From Deltaproteobacteria bacterium (GTDB taxonomy: Bacteria > Myxococcota_A > UBA796 > SXON01), in the NCBI GenBank assembly GCA_947490345.1, contig CANLGL010000002.1, forward strand, positions 64,598 to 128,597: 64,000 nt of DNA, given 5' to 3'. Below are positions 26,895 through 35,740 of the stretch, piece after piece. Below the pieces are notes generated by a model. That model did no database searches and had not been told where the DNA came from. It saw only the letters and a program-made list of their open reading frames with translations. A program made the position numbers and the translations under genes. How positions within the stretch are numbered: position 1 is the stretch's first letter; the number at the start of each line of letters is the position of its first letter.

Positions 26895-29396
26895 CTAGTG
26901 CGTCAGCGCCACGCCGTCGTCGTTGAGCTCGCCTTCGCCGTAGACGTACAGCGTGCGCCGGGTGCGCACGCCGTGGCTGTCTTCGGCCACGACCACGATT
27001 CGGTTGGTGCCGGCAGCGATCGGGACGGTCACCGCCAGGTGGGCGCGGCGTCCGAAGTCTCCTCGCCAGGCGACCTTTTCTTCCTCCCAGTCCACACTTG
27101 CGTCCCATCGCACCCGGTCGACGCGCTCCGGACCCGTCCAGACGGTGACGTGGTCGATTCCGTCCGCGTCCGCAGCGTGTACCTGGAGGTTGAGGGGGCC
27201 GGGCGCCTGACGGGCGCGTGGGGTGCTGATGGTGACCGTCGGCGCGTCCCGCGTCGTGACCGCGCCGTTGTGGCCGATCGGCAGCGACCAGTCCGCGAGC
27301 TCGGACCACCCCTCGGCACGCACTTCCAGCCGCAGGGCGATCGGCGTGTCGGCGGTGATGGTGATGCGCTGGCGGACCACGACCTCGGAACCCGGAGCCA
27401 GAGTGTGCTCCACGCCGTCGGCGGCGCCGAGTTGCACGCCCGGCAGGTCCGGGAAGGGGATGTTGACCCGAACCCCGGCCAGCGTGACGGTGCCGCGGTT
27501 CTGGATCGTCACTTCGACGGAGCCATCAACCAGGCGCGCGGCGGCGTGCAGCGCGGGAGGGGCGCCGCCCTCGATGGCGACGGTGTCGTCGAGCACCGCC
27601 ACCGGGGAGCAGCCGTCGCACTCCAGGACACCGACGAGGCGGTCGATGCGGGAGGGCGAGTCGACCGAGGGCGTGACCGTCGTCGTGACGGTTCTGGACT
27701 CGCCGGCCGCGAGGCGCCCGATCGGAACAACGAGGTCATCAAAGTCCACGTTGGCGGATCGCAGGCGAATCGCGGCGCGGAAGAGCTCGGCTCCCTTGTT
27801 GGCCACCTCGAACCGTAGCTCACCCCGCTCGCCCGCCCTGGCCACGGGCCCAGCCAACTGAGCGATTCGCACCACCGGCGGGCCGGAGCCGCCCGGAGCG
27901 GGCGACCAGTCCAGGCTTTCACCACCCAGCGCGTCCACGAGTCGTGACGCTTGAATGGCCGAAAGCGACGGGAGCAGGCTCTGCTGAGCCGCGAGTACGC
28001 TGGCGCGGTCGGGCCCGGTGCCGGACGCCAGAATGGCCGCGGCCAGCTCAAGGACGTCGTCCTGTTCGTCGATGCGGCCAAGGTCCGGGTAGTGGAGGAC
28101 CGGTGCGCCGATGGGGTCGCGTGCACGCAGTCGGGTCGCATCGGGATACCAGAAGCGTTGGGTCCCGAGACGTACGGGGTAGAGGGCCAGGTCTGGCGCG
28201 AGTCCCACCTCGTTGACGCGGATGTCCTGGCCGACACGGTACTCGGCTACGGTCAGCTTCAGCTTCAGCCCGTCCGCGATCTCGTACAACGTTTGCACGG
28301 TGCCCTTGCCGAAGGTGGTCTCCCCCAACATGGACGCGCGGCCGAGGCGCGCCAGTGCGCCCGCGAGGATCTCGGCGCCAGACGCAGTCTCGTGATCGAC
28401 GAGGAGGATCGTGGCGGGAAGGGGCAGCTTCGTGTCGGCCCGCGCGTCGAACCCCCGGGTGAGCCCCGGCACCTTACCGCCGTCCCGACCGGCCGTGGTC
28501 ACGATGCGACCGTCGTCGAGGAAGACGTCGGCGGCTCGCGCGGACTGGCTGAGCGATCCCCCAGAGTTGCCCCGCAAGTCGAGGATCACCCCGACGTCCA
28601 GCAGGCCCTGCTGCCGGAGGTCGGTGAGCACACGCTCGAGGTTCGTGAGCGTCTGTTCGGAGAAGTGGTCGATCTTGATCACGCCCACCCCCCGCGGACC
28701 TGCGGCGCCGGTGACGTTGGGGATCGCGATCTCCACGCGTTCCAACTCCACCTCGAGCTCCGCCTCACCGCGGACAAACGCGAGGCGCACCCGGGTGCCG
28801 ACACGGCCGCGAATGTGGGTGGTGGCGTCGGCCGGCAACATGCCTTCCGTCGAGATGCCATCGATGCGGAGGAGACGATCGCCGACTGCGAGTCCACCCC
28901 GCGCCGCCGGCCCGTTCGGGTAGACGTCGATGATGCGGAGCGTGCGGTCCACCAACTTCAGGGTGACGCCGATTCCACTGAGCGTGCCGGTCAGCCGCTC
29001 GTCGAAGCGCTCGAGCCCTTCACCGGCGAGGATGACCGTGTGCCGGTCCAGGGTTGAGAGTGCGCCTTTGAGCAGCTCGGCCCGGACGTCCACGCCCTCG
29101 TCCACCTCGGCGCCCGATGCGGCGACCGTGTCTTCGAGTTGGGCGAGGGCGCTGGGCAGGTCGCCGCGAAAGGGGACGGTCCAACTGCGCGGGCCCACAC
29201 GGAGGCGCGCTGCGGCCTCGTTGGCATCCACCTGTAGGGGCTCCACTCGCTTCTCGAGGCGGTTGGCGGCGGCGCGAAACATACGCGCATGGTCGATCCG
29301 CTCGGGCCACAAGTAGTGGTCGTCCACCAAGCGAAGCGCGCCCCGGTAGGCGGCGAGATCGCCGGCCACGGCAAGGCTGAGCAGCCACAACCACAT
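26895..29396 (-). CDS. S41 family C-terminal processing peptidase with long Ig-like C-terminal extension
   Basis: 833 aa. The PDZ domain reads GIGVTLKLVDRTLRIIDVYPNGPAARGGLAVGDRLLRIDG. The S41 core contains ILDLRGNSGGSL and VDHETASGAEILAGAL..GETTFGKGTVQ. About 450 extra residues are beta-rich. Confidence 0.88.
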   Translation of the reverse strand: MWLWLLSLAVAGDLAAYRGALRLVDDHYLWPERIDHARMFRAAANRLEKRVEPLQVDANEAAARLRVGPRSWTVPFRGDLPSALAQLEDTVAASGAEVDEGVDVRAELLKGALSTLDRHTVILAGEGLERFDERLTGTLSGIGVTLKLVDRTLRIIDVYPNGPAARGGLAVGDRLLRIDGISTEGMLPADATTHIRGRVGTRVRLAFVRGEAELEVELERVEIAIPNVTGAAGPRGVGVIKIDHFSEQTLTNLERVLTDLRQQGLLDVGVILDLRGNSGGSLSQSARAADVFLDDGRIVTTAGRDGGKVPGLTRGFDARADTKLPLPATILLVDHETASGAEILAGALARLGRASMLGETTFGKGTVQTLYEIADGLKLKLTVAEYRVGQDIRVNEVGLAPDLALYPVRLGTQRFWYPDATRLRARDPIGAPVLHYPDLGRIDEQDDVLELAAAILASGTGPDRASVLAAQQSLLPSLSAIQASRLVDALGGESLDWSPAPGGSGPPVVRIAQLAGPVARAGERGELRFEVANKGAELFRAAIRLRSANVDFDDLVVPIGRLAAGESRTVTTTVTPSVDSPSRIDRLVGVLECDGCSPVAVLDDTVAIEGGAPPALHAAARLVDGSVEVTIQNRGTVTLAGVRVNIPFPDLPGVQLGAADGVEHTLAPGSEVVVRQRITITADTPIALRLEVRAEGWSELADWSLPIGHNGAVTTRDAPTVTISTPRARQAPGPLNLQVHAADADGIDHVTVWTGPERVDRVRWDASVDWEEEKVAWRGDFGRRAHLAVTVPIAAGTNRIVVVAEDSHGVRTRRTLYVYGEGELNDDGVALTH

Positions 29397-29404
29397 CGCT
29401 GGAA

Positions 29405-29420
29405 CCTATCTCAGGATAGG
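29405..29420. promoter_or_regulatory. perfect 6-4-6 palindrome in the 32-bp divergent ctp-like/larB spacer
   Basis: CCTATC TCAG GATAGG read directly. It sits between the minus-strand start at 29396 and the plus-strand start at 29429. Confidence 0.2.
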
Positions 29421-29428
29421 CCCGCCGT

Positions 29429-30187
29429 ATGCATCGCGCGCGGCTGGAGCAGCTCCTTGGGGCCGTGGCCCGGGGGGACGCGCTGGTCAGCGAGGTGGCG
29501 GACGTCCTGGAGGGGCTGGCTCACCTCCCCCACAGCACCGTCGATCTCGGCCGGGGCGCGCGGCTGGGACACGCCGAGGTCGTGTACGGCGAGGGAAAGA
29601 GCGCGGCCGAGATCACCGACGTTCTCCAGCGTCTCGTGGCCGACGCGGGCTTTGCGTTTGCCACGCGGGTCGATGCCGAAAAGGCCGCGGCGGTGGGTGC
29701 CGCGCTGGCCGGCAGCGTTGCGTACCACCCCGTCGCACGCGTGCTCCAAGTGGGGGAGCCTCCCCCCTGCGTGGGTCTCATTGTCGTGGTCAGCGCGGGT
29801 ACAAGTGATCGCGCAGTCGCGATGGAAGCGGCGACGGTGGCGCGGTTGCTTGGGAATGAGGTGGTGCTGGTGCAAGATGTAGGTGTCGCGGGAGTGCACC
29901 GACTTTTCGCGCGGCTCGACGAGCTGGCCGAGGCTCATGCGGTGATCGTGGTCGCCGGTATGGATGGGGCGCTCCCGTCGGTGGTGGGCGGACTGATCGC
30001 CCCGCCGGTGATCGCGGTGCCGACCAGCGTCGGGTACGGCAGCTCGTTTGAGGGGCTCGCCGCGCTTTTGGCGATGCTCAACAGCTGTGCCCCGGGCGTC
30101 ACGGTGGTGAACATCGACAATGGTTTTGGAGCGGCGTTTGCGGCGTCTCGCATCAACCAGGCGCGATGCCGAAGGGAGGCGTCGTGA
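29429..30187 (+). CDS. larB: LarB (nickel-pincer cofactor biosynthesis, PurE-like carboxylase/hydrolase)
   Basis: 252 aa. Contains GHAEVVYGEGKS and the PurE-like core VVVSAGTSDRAVAMEAA..VGVAGVHRL..VIVVAGMDGALPSVVGGL..PVIAVPTSVGYG. Confidence 0.85.
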   Translation: MHRARLEQLLGAVARGDALVSEVADVLEGLAHLPHSTVDLGRGARLGHAEVVYGEGKSAAEITDVLQRLVADAGFAFATRVDAEKAAAVGAALAGSVAYHPVARVLQVGEPPPCVGLIVVVSAGTSDRAVAMEAATVARLLGNEVVLVQDVGVAGVHRLFARLDELAEAHAVIVVAGMDGALPSVVGGLIAPPVIAVPTSVGYGSSFEGLAALLAMLNSCAPGVTVVNIDNGFGAAFAASRINQARCRREAS

Positions 30188-31410
30188 GGGTGGCGTGGGT
30201 CGATCCGGTGGGCGGCCTCGCCGGGGACATGTTGGTGGCCGCGTTCATCGATGCGGGCGCATCAGAGGAGGGAATCCTGGGCGCGCTGCGGGCGCTGGCG
30301 CTGCCGGGGTGGAGCGCGCGCACCGAGCGCGTGTGGCGCGGACCCTTCCACGCGGCGCGCTTCGTGGTCGACGTCGAGCCGGGGCCTACACAGGACCACG
30401 ACCAGGGCCACGACCACGACCACGGCCACGGTCACGGCCACGGCCACGCGCCCAGCCAGCGCTGGGCGGAGATCCGGGGCCTGCTCGAAGCGTCGTCGCT
30501 CTCGCCTCGCGCCCGGCGGAGCGCGATTGCCATCTTTCGGGCCCTGGCCGTGGCGGAAGGGCGGGTGCACGGCACCGATCCTGAGGCGGTCACCTTCCAC
30601 GAGGTGGGTGCGCTGGATTCGATCGTCGACATCGTCGCGGTGGGCGTGGCCCTCGATCTGCTCGACGTGGACGAGCTCGTGGTCGGTCCGATCCCCTTGG
30701 GCCAGGGCCACACCATCGGCGCGCACGGCTGCATTCCGCTGCCGGCACCCGCCACCCTCGAGTTGCTTCGTGGCTTTGAGGTTGAAGGGCGCGAACTGCG
30801 CGGGGAGACGGTGACGCCGACCGGCGCGGCGGTGGTGGCGGCGCTCGGTCGGGCGGGTCCGCTTCCGCGCATGCGCATCCTCGCGACCGGCGTCGGGGCG
30901 GGCTCCTGGGATCCGGCCAGTCACCCCAACGTGGTGCGCGTGGTGATTGGCGAGGCCGATGGCAGCGCCGCGGCGGAGGTGGCCGAGCTGCGGGCCGAGG
31001 TGGACAGCCTGCATCCGGAGCTGGTGCCGCCCTTATTGGAGGCGCTCCTGGGCGCGGGGGCGCTTGACGCCTACGTCACACCCATCGTCATGAAGAAGGG
31101 GCGCCCGGGGGTGCTCGTCACCTGCCTGGCTCCAGTGGCGATGCGTGCCGCGATCGGGGATGTGCTGCTACGACATGGCGGGACGCTCGGCTACCGCTGG
31201 TCGTTGGCCGCTCGTGACGAGTTGGCGCGCCGCTTCGTCAGCGTCGAGACGCGCTTCGGGGTGGTGCCGATGAAGATTGGCGAGCGAGATGGCGCCGTGA
31301 TTCACGCTGCCCCTGAATACGAGGTGTGTGCGGCGTTGGCGCGAGCGGCCGGGGTTCCGGTGGCGGAAGTCTCGGCGGCGGCCTGGGCAGCCTGGGGATC
31401 GCGGGGCTGA
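30184..31410 (+). CDS. larC: LarC (nickel insertion protein, DUF111 family)
   Basis: Contains VAWVDPVGGLAGDMLVAAFIDAG and FHEVGALDSIVDIVAVGVAL, plus the His/Asp/Gly tract HDQGHDHDHGHGHGHGH. GTG 30184 (a GTGA overlap with the larB stop) is preferred over the track start 30166. Confidence 0.85.
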   Translation: MRVAWVDPVGGLAGDMLVAAFIDAGASEEGILGALRALALPGWSARTERVWRGPFHAARFVVDVEPGPTQDHDQGHDHDHGHGHGHGHAPSQRWAEIRGLLEASSLSPRARRSAIAIFRALAVAEGRVHGTDPEAVTFHEVGALDSIVDIVAVGVALDLLDVDELVVGPIPLGQGHTIGAHGCIPLPAPATLELLRGFEVEGRELRGETVTPTGAAVVAALGRAGPLPRMRILATGVGAGSWDPASHPNVVRVVIGEADGSAAAEVAELRAEVDSLHPELVPPLLEALLGAGALDAYVTPIVMKKGRPGVLVTCLAPVAMRAAIGDVLLRHGGTLGYRWSLAARDELARRFVSVETRFGVVPMKIGERDGAVIHAAPEYEVCAALARAAGVPVAEVSAAAWAAWGSRG

Positions 31411-31454
31411 GCGGTCGGCACCGACGCACGCCGGATTCCCCAAGGACAACCCCC

Positions 31455-32153
31455 ATGTGCGACAAATTACCGCACCGAGGGAGCGCCGGGTTGGAGAACT
31501 TGCGGATAATCGATGTCGTGCTTGAGAACGCCGCACAGAACCTGACCTCGCTCCTGGACATGCTTCCGTCGGCAGTCTTGTTCGCCGATACCCGAGGGCG
31601 CCTGACCTTCGGAAATCCCGCTGCGTGTGCGCTTCTCGGCTTTTCGACGATCGAAGTACAGACACTGCTCCACGTCAGTGACATTTACCACCGCACCGAC
31701 GACGCACGCAGGGTGCTCAAGGCTGCCCAGGACGGCGGCGGCCTCAGCGCCGCTCCGATCGAGGTGGTCCTGCGTTCACGTTCTGGGGAGTTGATCCCAG
31801 CGAAGATCCATGTCCGAGTGCTTCGGGATGCCGCGGGCGCCGTGACCGGAACCATGGGCGTGCTCATCGATCAGCGCGAGCTTGGAGAGTTGAGCCGCCG
31901 CCTGGAAGATGCGTCGGCACAGGTGATCAGTTCTGAGCGTCGCGCGGCGGTCGTGGCCCTCGCGGGGAAGGCGGCCCACGATCTCAGCCAGCCGCTCATG
32001 GCCGCGATGGGCAACATCGAGCTGATCCTGATGCAGAAGAACCTCGACGCGAAGGTCAGTACCCGGCTGGAGCGCGCGTACGAGCAGCTTGAGCGCTTGC
32101 GCGGAATCATGACCGATTTCGTGAAGGTGACCGGGACGCGATCAGGTCCGTGA
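31455..32153 (+). CDS. PAS domain plus HisKA (DHp) protein lacking a kinase ATPase domain
   Basis: Trimmed to ATG 31455 (MCDKLPHRG). The PAS-like region reads LLDMLPSAVLFADTRGRLTFGNPAACALLGFS. The H-box is GKAAHDLSQPLMAAMGNIELIL. The ORF stops about 40 aa later and no N/G1/G2 boxes follow. Confidence 0.75.
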   Translation: MCDKLPHRGSAGLENLRIIDVVLENAAQNLTSLLDMLPSAVLFADTRGRLTFGNPAACALLGFSTIEVQTLLHVSDIYHRTDDARRVLKAAQDGGGLSAAPIEVVLRSRSGELIPAKIHVRVLRDAAGAVTGTMGVLIDQRELGELSRRLEDASAQVISSERRAAVVALAGKAAHDLSQPLMAAMGNIELILMQKNLDAKVSTRLERAYEQLERLRGIMTDFVKVTGTRSGP

Positions 32154-32329
32154 CCGGGCGCGACGTTGCGGAGTGCGGCGAACCGGGCTAACCGCCGCGC
32201 GCTTCCGCGGGGATCCGCCCGCGGGGACATCCACGTCGGAGTTAGCTCCCGCCCCGTGGTGCCGCCCAGTCCAGGGCGGCCGGGTGGCGAGACCGGCGGT
32301 CGCTCAACCACGAATCTGGAAGGCTCCTC

Positions 32330-33124
32330 ATGTCCGTTTCTCTCCGCGATCTCCTCGACGCCGGCGTCCACTTCGGTCACCAGACCCGCCGCTGGCATCC
32401 CCGCATGAAGCCGTACATCTACGGCCAGAAGAACGGGGTTCACATCATCGACATTCAGCAGACGGCGACCAAGCTTCTTGAGGCTACCCGCTTCGTGCAG
32501 TCGCTTACCGCCCGCGGCCAGACCGTGCTCTTTGTCGGCACCAAGCGCGCCGCGCGCGAAATCATCTCCGAAGAGGCGCGTCGCGCCAACATGTTCTTCG
32601 TCAACGAGCGCTGGCTCGGCGGCACCCTGACCAACTGGGAAACCGTCAAGAAGAGCATCGATCGTCTCAACTTCCTGATCAAGTCCCGCACCGAAGGGCG
32701 CCTGGACCAGCTCACCAAGAAAGAGGCGCTCACGGTCACCCGGCAGATTGAGAAGATGGAGAAGTCGCTCGGCGGGATCAAGGACCTCAAGGGCCTTCCG
32801 GGTGCGGTCTTCGTCATCGACCCTCGCAAGGAGCACATCGCCGTCAGCGAGGCCAACAAGCTCGGCATTCCGGTCGTGGCGCTTTGCGACACCAACTGCG
32901 ATCCGGACGGGATCGCCTACGTTGTGCCCGGCAACGACGACGCCATCAAGTCGATCCGCTTGTTCACCGGCGCGATCGCAGACGCGGCCGCCTCCGGCGC
33001 CAACGAAGGCCGCGTCGACTCCGTGGCGACCGCTCGCTACGACGACGACAGCAGCGTCGAGATCGTTCGTCGTAATACCGCCACCGCCGCGGCTGTCGCC
33101 GCGCCGACGGAAGACGCGGTCTAA
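32330..33124 (+). CDS. rpsB: 30S ribosomal protein S2
   Basis: MSVSLRDLLDAGVHFGHQTRRWHPRMKPYIYGQKNGVHIIDI, with the RBS GGAAGG upstream. Confidence 0.97.
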   Translation: MSVSLRDLLDAGVHFGHQTRRWHPRMKPYIYGQKNGVHIIDIQQTATKLLEATRFVQSLTARGQTVLFVGTKRAAREIISEEARRANMFFVNERWLGGTLTNWETVKKSIDRLNFLIKSRTEGRLDQLTKKEALTVTRQIEKMEKSLGGIKDLKGLPGAVFVIDPRKEHIAVSEANKLGIPVVALCDTNCDPDGIAYVVPGNDDAIKSIRLFTGAIADAAASGANEGRVDSVATARYDDDSSVEIVRRNTATAAAVAAPTEDAV

Positions 33125-33147
33125 ACCTACCGACTCGGAGACATCCC

Positions 33148-33795
33148 ATGGCAACGATGGAACAGATCAAAGAACTGCGTGAGCGCACCGGCGCCGGCAT
33201 CCTCGACTGCAAGAAAGCGCTCGGCGAGGTCGGTGACGACGTGCAAGCGGCGATCGACTGGCTGCGCGCCAAGGGCATTGCCTCGGCGGCCAAGAAGGCT
33301 GGCCGTGCGGCCGCTGAGGGTCTCGTCGAAAGCTACATCCACGCCGGAGGCAAGATCGGCGTGATGGTGGAGATCAACTGCGAAACCGACTTCGTGGCGC
33401 TAAACGAGGGCTTCCGCTCGCTGGCTCGTGACCTCGCGATGCACATCGCCGCCGCAGCGCCAGAGTATGTGCGTCGTGATGAGGTGCCCGCGGAGGCGTT
33501 CGAGCACGAGAAGAAGGTGCAGGTCGAAAAGACGATGGCCGAGGGAAAACCCCAGGCGATTGCCGAGAAGATCGTGATTGGCCGCATGAGCAAGTGGTAC
33601 GAGGATGTCTGCCTTCTGGACCAGAAGTGGTTCAAGGACGACAGCAAGACGGTCGATCAGGTCGTCAAGGAAGCCTCGTCCACGATCGGCGAAAACGTTC
33701 AGGTTCGCCGCTTCTCGCGCTTCGTCATGGGCGAGGGCTTGGTGCGTCGCTCGGACGACTTCGCGGCTGAGGTCGCCCGGGCGGTCGGCGGTTAG
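33148..33795 (+). CDS. tsf: elongation factor Ts (short form)
   Basis: [19 protein letters not shown] and [13 protein letters not shown]. Confidence 0.95.
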   Translation: MATMEQIKELRERTGAGILDCKKALGEVGDDVQAAIDWLRAKGIASAAKKAGRAAAEGLVESYIHAGGKIGVMVEINCETDFVALNEGFRSLARDLAMHIAAAAPEYVRRDEVPAEAFEHEKKVQVEKTMAEGKPQAIAEKIVIGRMSKWYEDVCLLDQKWFKDDSKTVDQVVKEASSTIGENVQVRRFSRFVMGEGLVRRSDDFAAEVARAVGG

Positions 33796-33841
33796 CCACG
33801 CGGCCCATGCGCCGCCCTCCGGGGCGCGATACTTCGGCGCC

Positions 33842-34582
33842 GTGCCTGCTCCTGTCTACTCTCGTGTGTTGTTGAAGCTCTCCGGGGAAATGCTCGCTGG
33901 AGAAAAAGAGTTCGGCCTGGACCCAGGGGTCATGGGCCGGCTCGCGGATGAGCTCATTGAGGTCAAGGCCCTCGGTGTGCAGTTGGGCCTCGTCATCGGC
34001 GGCGGCAACATCTTCCGGGGCATCTCTGGTAGCGAAAAAGGCATGGATCGCGCGCAGTCCGACTACATGGGCATGCTCGCGACGGTCATCAACGCGCTCG
34101 CCATGCAGGACGCGATGGAGCAGCGCGGGTGCTACACCCGGGTGATGAGCGCGATGCGGATCGAACAGGTCTGCGAGCCGTACATCCGCCGCCGAGCGAT
34201 GGCCCACCTCGCGAAGGGGCGCGTGGTCATCTTCGCGGCCGGAACCGGAAATCCGTATTTCTCGACCGACTCGGCGGCAGCCCTTCGGGCGGCCGAAATC
34301 CGGGCCGACGTGATCCTCAAGGCAACCAAAGTCGACGGGGTCTACGACAAAGACCCGAAGAAGTTCGCCGATGCGGTGCGATTCGAGCGGATCGCGCCGA
34401 TGGACGCGTTCAAGCGCGGGCTCAAGGTCGCAGACGCGACGGCCATCGCCCTCGCCATGGAGAACAACACGCCGATGATCGTGTTTGATCTCAGCGTTCC
34501 CGGAAACATCAAGCGGGTAATCCTCGGCGAAGCCGTGGGTACCCTGATCACGGCACCCACCCCTGTTGGAGCCCCCACATGA
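33842..34582 (+). CDS. pyrH: UMP kinase
   Basis: GTG 33842, in frame with track ORF 33605..34582; the upstream part overlaps tsf. Contains [19 protein letters not shown] and [20 protein letters not shown]. Confidence 0.93.
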   Translation: MPAPVYSRVLLKLSGEMLAGEKEFGLDPGVMGRLADELIEVKALGVQLGLVIGGGNIFRGISGSEKGMDRAQSDYMGMLATVINALAMQDAMEQRGCYTRVMSAMRIEQVCEPYIRRRAMAHLAKGRVVIFAAGTGNPYFSTDSAAALRAAEIRADVILKATKVDGVYDKDPKKFADAVRFERIAPMDAFKRGLKVADATAIALAMENNTPMIVFDLSVPGNIKRVILGEAVGTLITAPTPVGAPT

Positions 34583-35142
34583 GCGAAGACTACGTCAAAA
34601 GTGCCAATCTCGACATGGTCAAGAGCATGGACCAGCTCAAGCGGGAGTTGATCTCCGTGCGCACCGGCCGGGCGTCTCCGACGTTGATCGAGCACCTTCA
34701 AGTCGAAGTTGCCTCCTACGGCAGCACGATGCCGCTGAAGGAACTCGGTGGAATCTCGGCCCCTGACGCCCGGATGTTGGTGGTGAACCCGTGGGACAAG
34801 GGCACCATCAAGGACATCGAACGTGCGATCGCGGTCAGCGGGATGGGATTCAATCCGCAGAGCGATGGCGTGGTGGTCCGCATCCCGATTCCGCCGCTCA
34901 CCGGTGAGCGCCGGCAGCAGCTGGTCAAAGTGGTCAAGGTCCACGCCGAAGAGGGCAAGGTCCGGGTGCGCGGGGTCCGGCGCGACTACAAGGAAATGTT
35001 GGAAGAAGCAGAGAAGGACGGTGAGCTCACCGAGGATCAGCTCAAGCGCGCCCTGGAGAAGTTGCAGGAGGCCACCGACGCCAACGTGAAGTTGGTGGAC
35101 GACATGTGTGCGAAGAAAGAGAAGGAGATCCTCGACATCTAA
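34579..35142 (+). CDS. frr: ribosome recycling factor
   Basis: 187 aa. Contains [25 protein letters not shown] and [17 protein letters not shown]. There is a 4-nt overlap with pyrH. Confidence 0.96.
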   Translation: MSEDYVKSANLDMVKSMDQLKRELISVRTGRASPTLIEHLQVEVASYGSTMPLKELGGISAPDARMLVVNPWDKGTIKDIERAIAVSGMGFNPQSDGVVVRIPIPPLTGERRQQLVKVVKVHAEEGKVRVRGVRRDYKEMLEEAEKDGELTEDQLKRALEKLQEATDANVKLVDDMCAKKEKEILDI

Positions 35143-35339
35143 TCCGAAACAGGGGGAAGGGGCACACGCCCCTTCCCCTACCGGGGCGTCCCCTCCGGCC
35201 GCCGGCAAGCCGTCGGCCTGCGGCGCCCGACGCGTAAATAACGCGCCGGGACGCGCCCCTCTCCCCATCCTCGCAGCCGCAGAGCCGGCCGGCGTTTCAT
35301 GGCCCAGGGAGCCGGCGTCGCGACGGCATGAGTGACTAA
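35143..35339 (+). repeat. intergenic repeat family, copy C
   Basis: Starts at the frr stop codon (TAATCCGAAACAGGGGGAAGGGGC-ACAC-GCCCCTTCCCCTACCGGGG). It has the subfamily variant middle CCGGCCGCCGGCAAGCCGTCGGCCTGCGG and ends GGCGTTTCATGGCCCAGGGAGCC..GGCATGAGTGACTAA. Confidence 0.88.
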
Positions 35340-35545
35340 CAAGAAACGGGGAAAGGGCCTCGCCGGCCCCTTCCCCTACCGGGCCATACCCTCCGGCCTC
35401 CAAGCTGCGCTTTCCGGCCTGCGGCGCCCGGCGCGTAGATAACGCGCCCGCTTCGCGCGAGGCCCTCTCCCCATCCCCGCAGTCCCCCATGCCGCCCCTG
35501 TGTTTCATGGCCCTGGGAGCCGCGGAACGCGGCATGGGGAACTAA
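35340..35545 (+). repeat. intergenic repeat family, copy D (full length, about 205 bp)
   Basis: Reads CAAGAAACGGGGAAAGGGCC-TCGCC-GGCCCCTTCCCCTACCGGGCCATACCCTCCGGCCTCCAAGCTGCGCTTTCCGGCCTGCGG..GCGCGTAGATAACGCGC..CCGCAGTCCCCCATGCCGCCCCTGTGTTTCATGGCCCTGGGAGCCGCGGAACGCGGCATGGGGAACTAA. Confidence 0.9.
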
Positions 35546-35729
35546 CCTGAAAGCGGCTCCCGGAGCCATGAAACGCCCGGGAGCATCGGGGCCGTCCGGA
35601 GGGGGGAGAGGGGCGCCCGAAGCGCGTTATCTACGCGATTCGGGCCGCAGGCCGACGGCTTGCCGGCGGCCGGAGGGAACGCCCCGGTAGGGGGGAACCG
35701 CGAAGCGGTGCCCCCCCTTTTCATGATAG
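35546..35729 (-). repeat. intergenic repeat family, copy E (inverted, tail-to-tail with D)
   Basis: Reads ..GCGGCTCCCGGAGCCATGAAACGCCCGGGAGCATCGGGG..GGGGGGAGAGGGGCGCC..GCGCGTTATCTACGCG..CCGGAGGGAACGCCCCGGTAGGGGGGAACC-GCGAAGC-GGTGCCCCCCCTTTTCATGATAG. It ends 11 nt before the uppS ATG. Confidence 0.88.
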
Positions 35730-35740
35730 TCGAGCCTCCC

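Noticed and set aside
22561-35569. Recurrent peptide strings in several track ORFs (for example PYRAIPSGLQA.LS.LR and GGMGDCG.GE), suggesting a conserved small protein. This includes the 18-codon ORF ATGCCGCCCCTGTGTTTCATGG..TAA inside copy D.
   Set aside because: The strings arise from the nucleotide repeat read in one frame. The frames are broken or differ between copies, copy C lacks the ATG block, and conservation is at DNA level in both orientations.
35140-35729. Could the tandem repeats between frr and uppS be a CRISPR array?
   Set aside because: The units are about 200 bp rather than 25-40 bp. They are contiguous with no unique spacers, and one is inverted. No cas genes are present.
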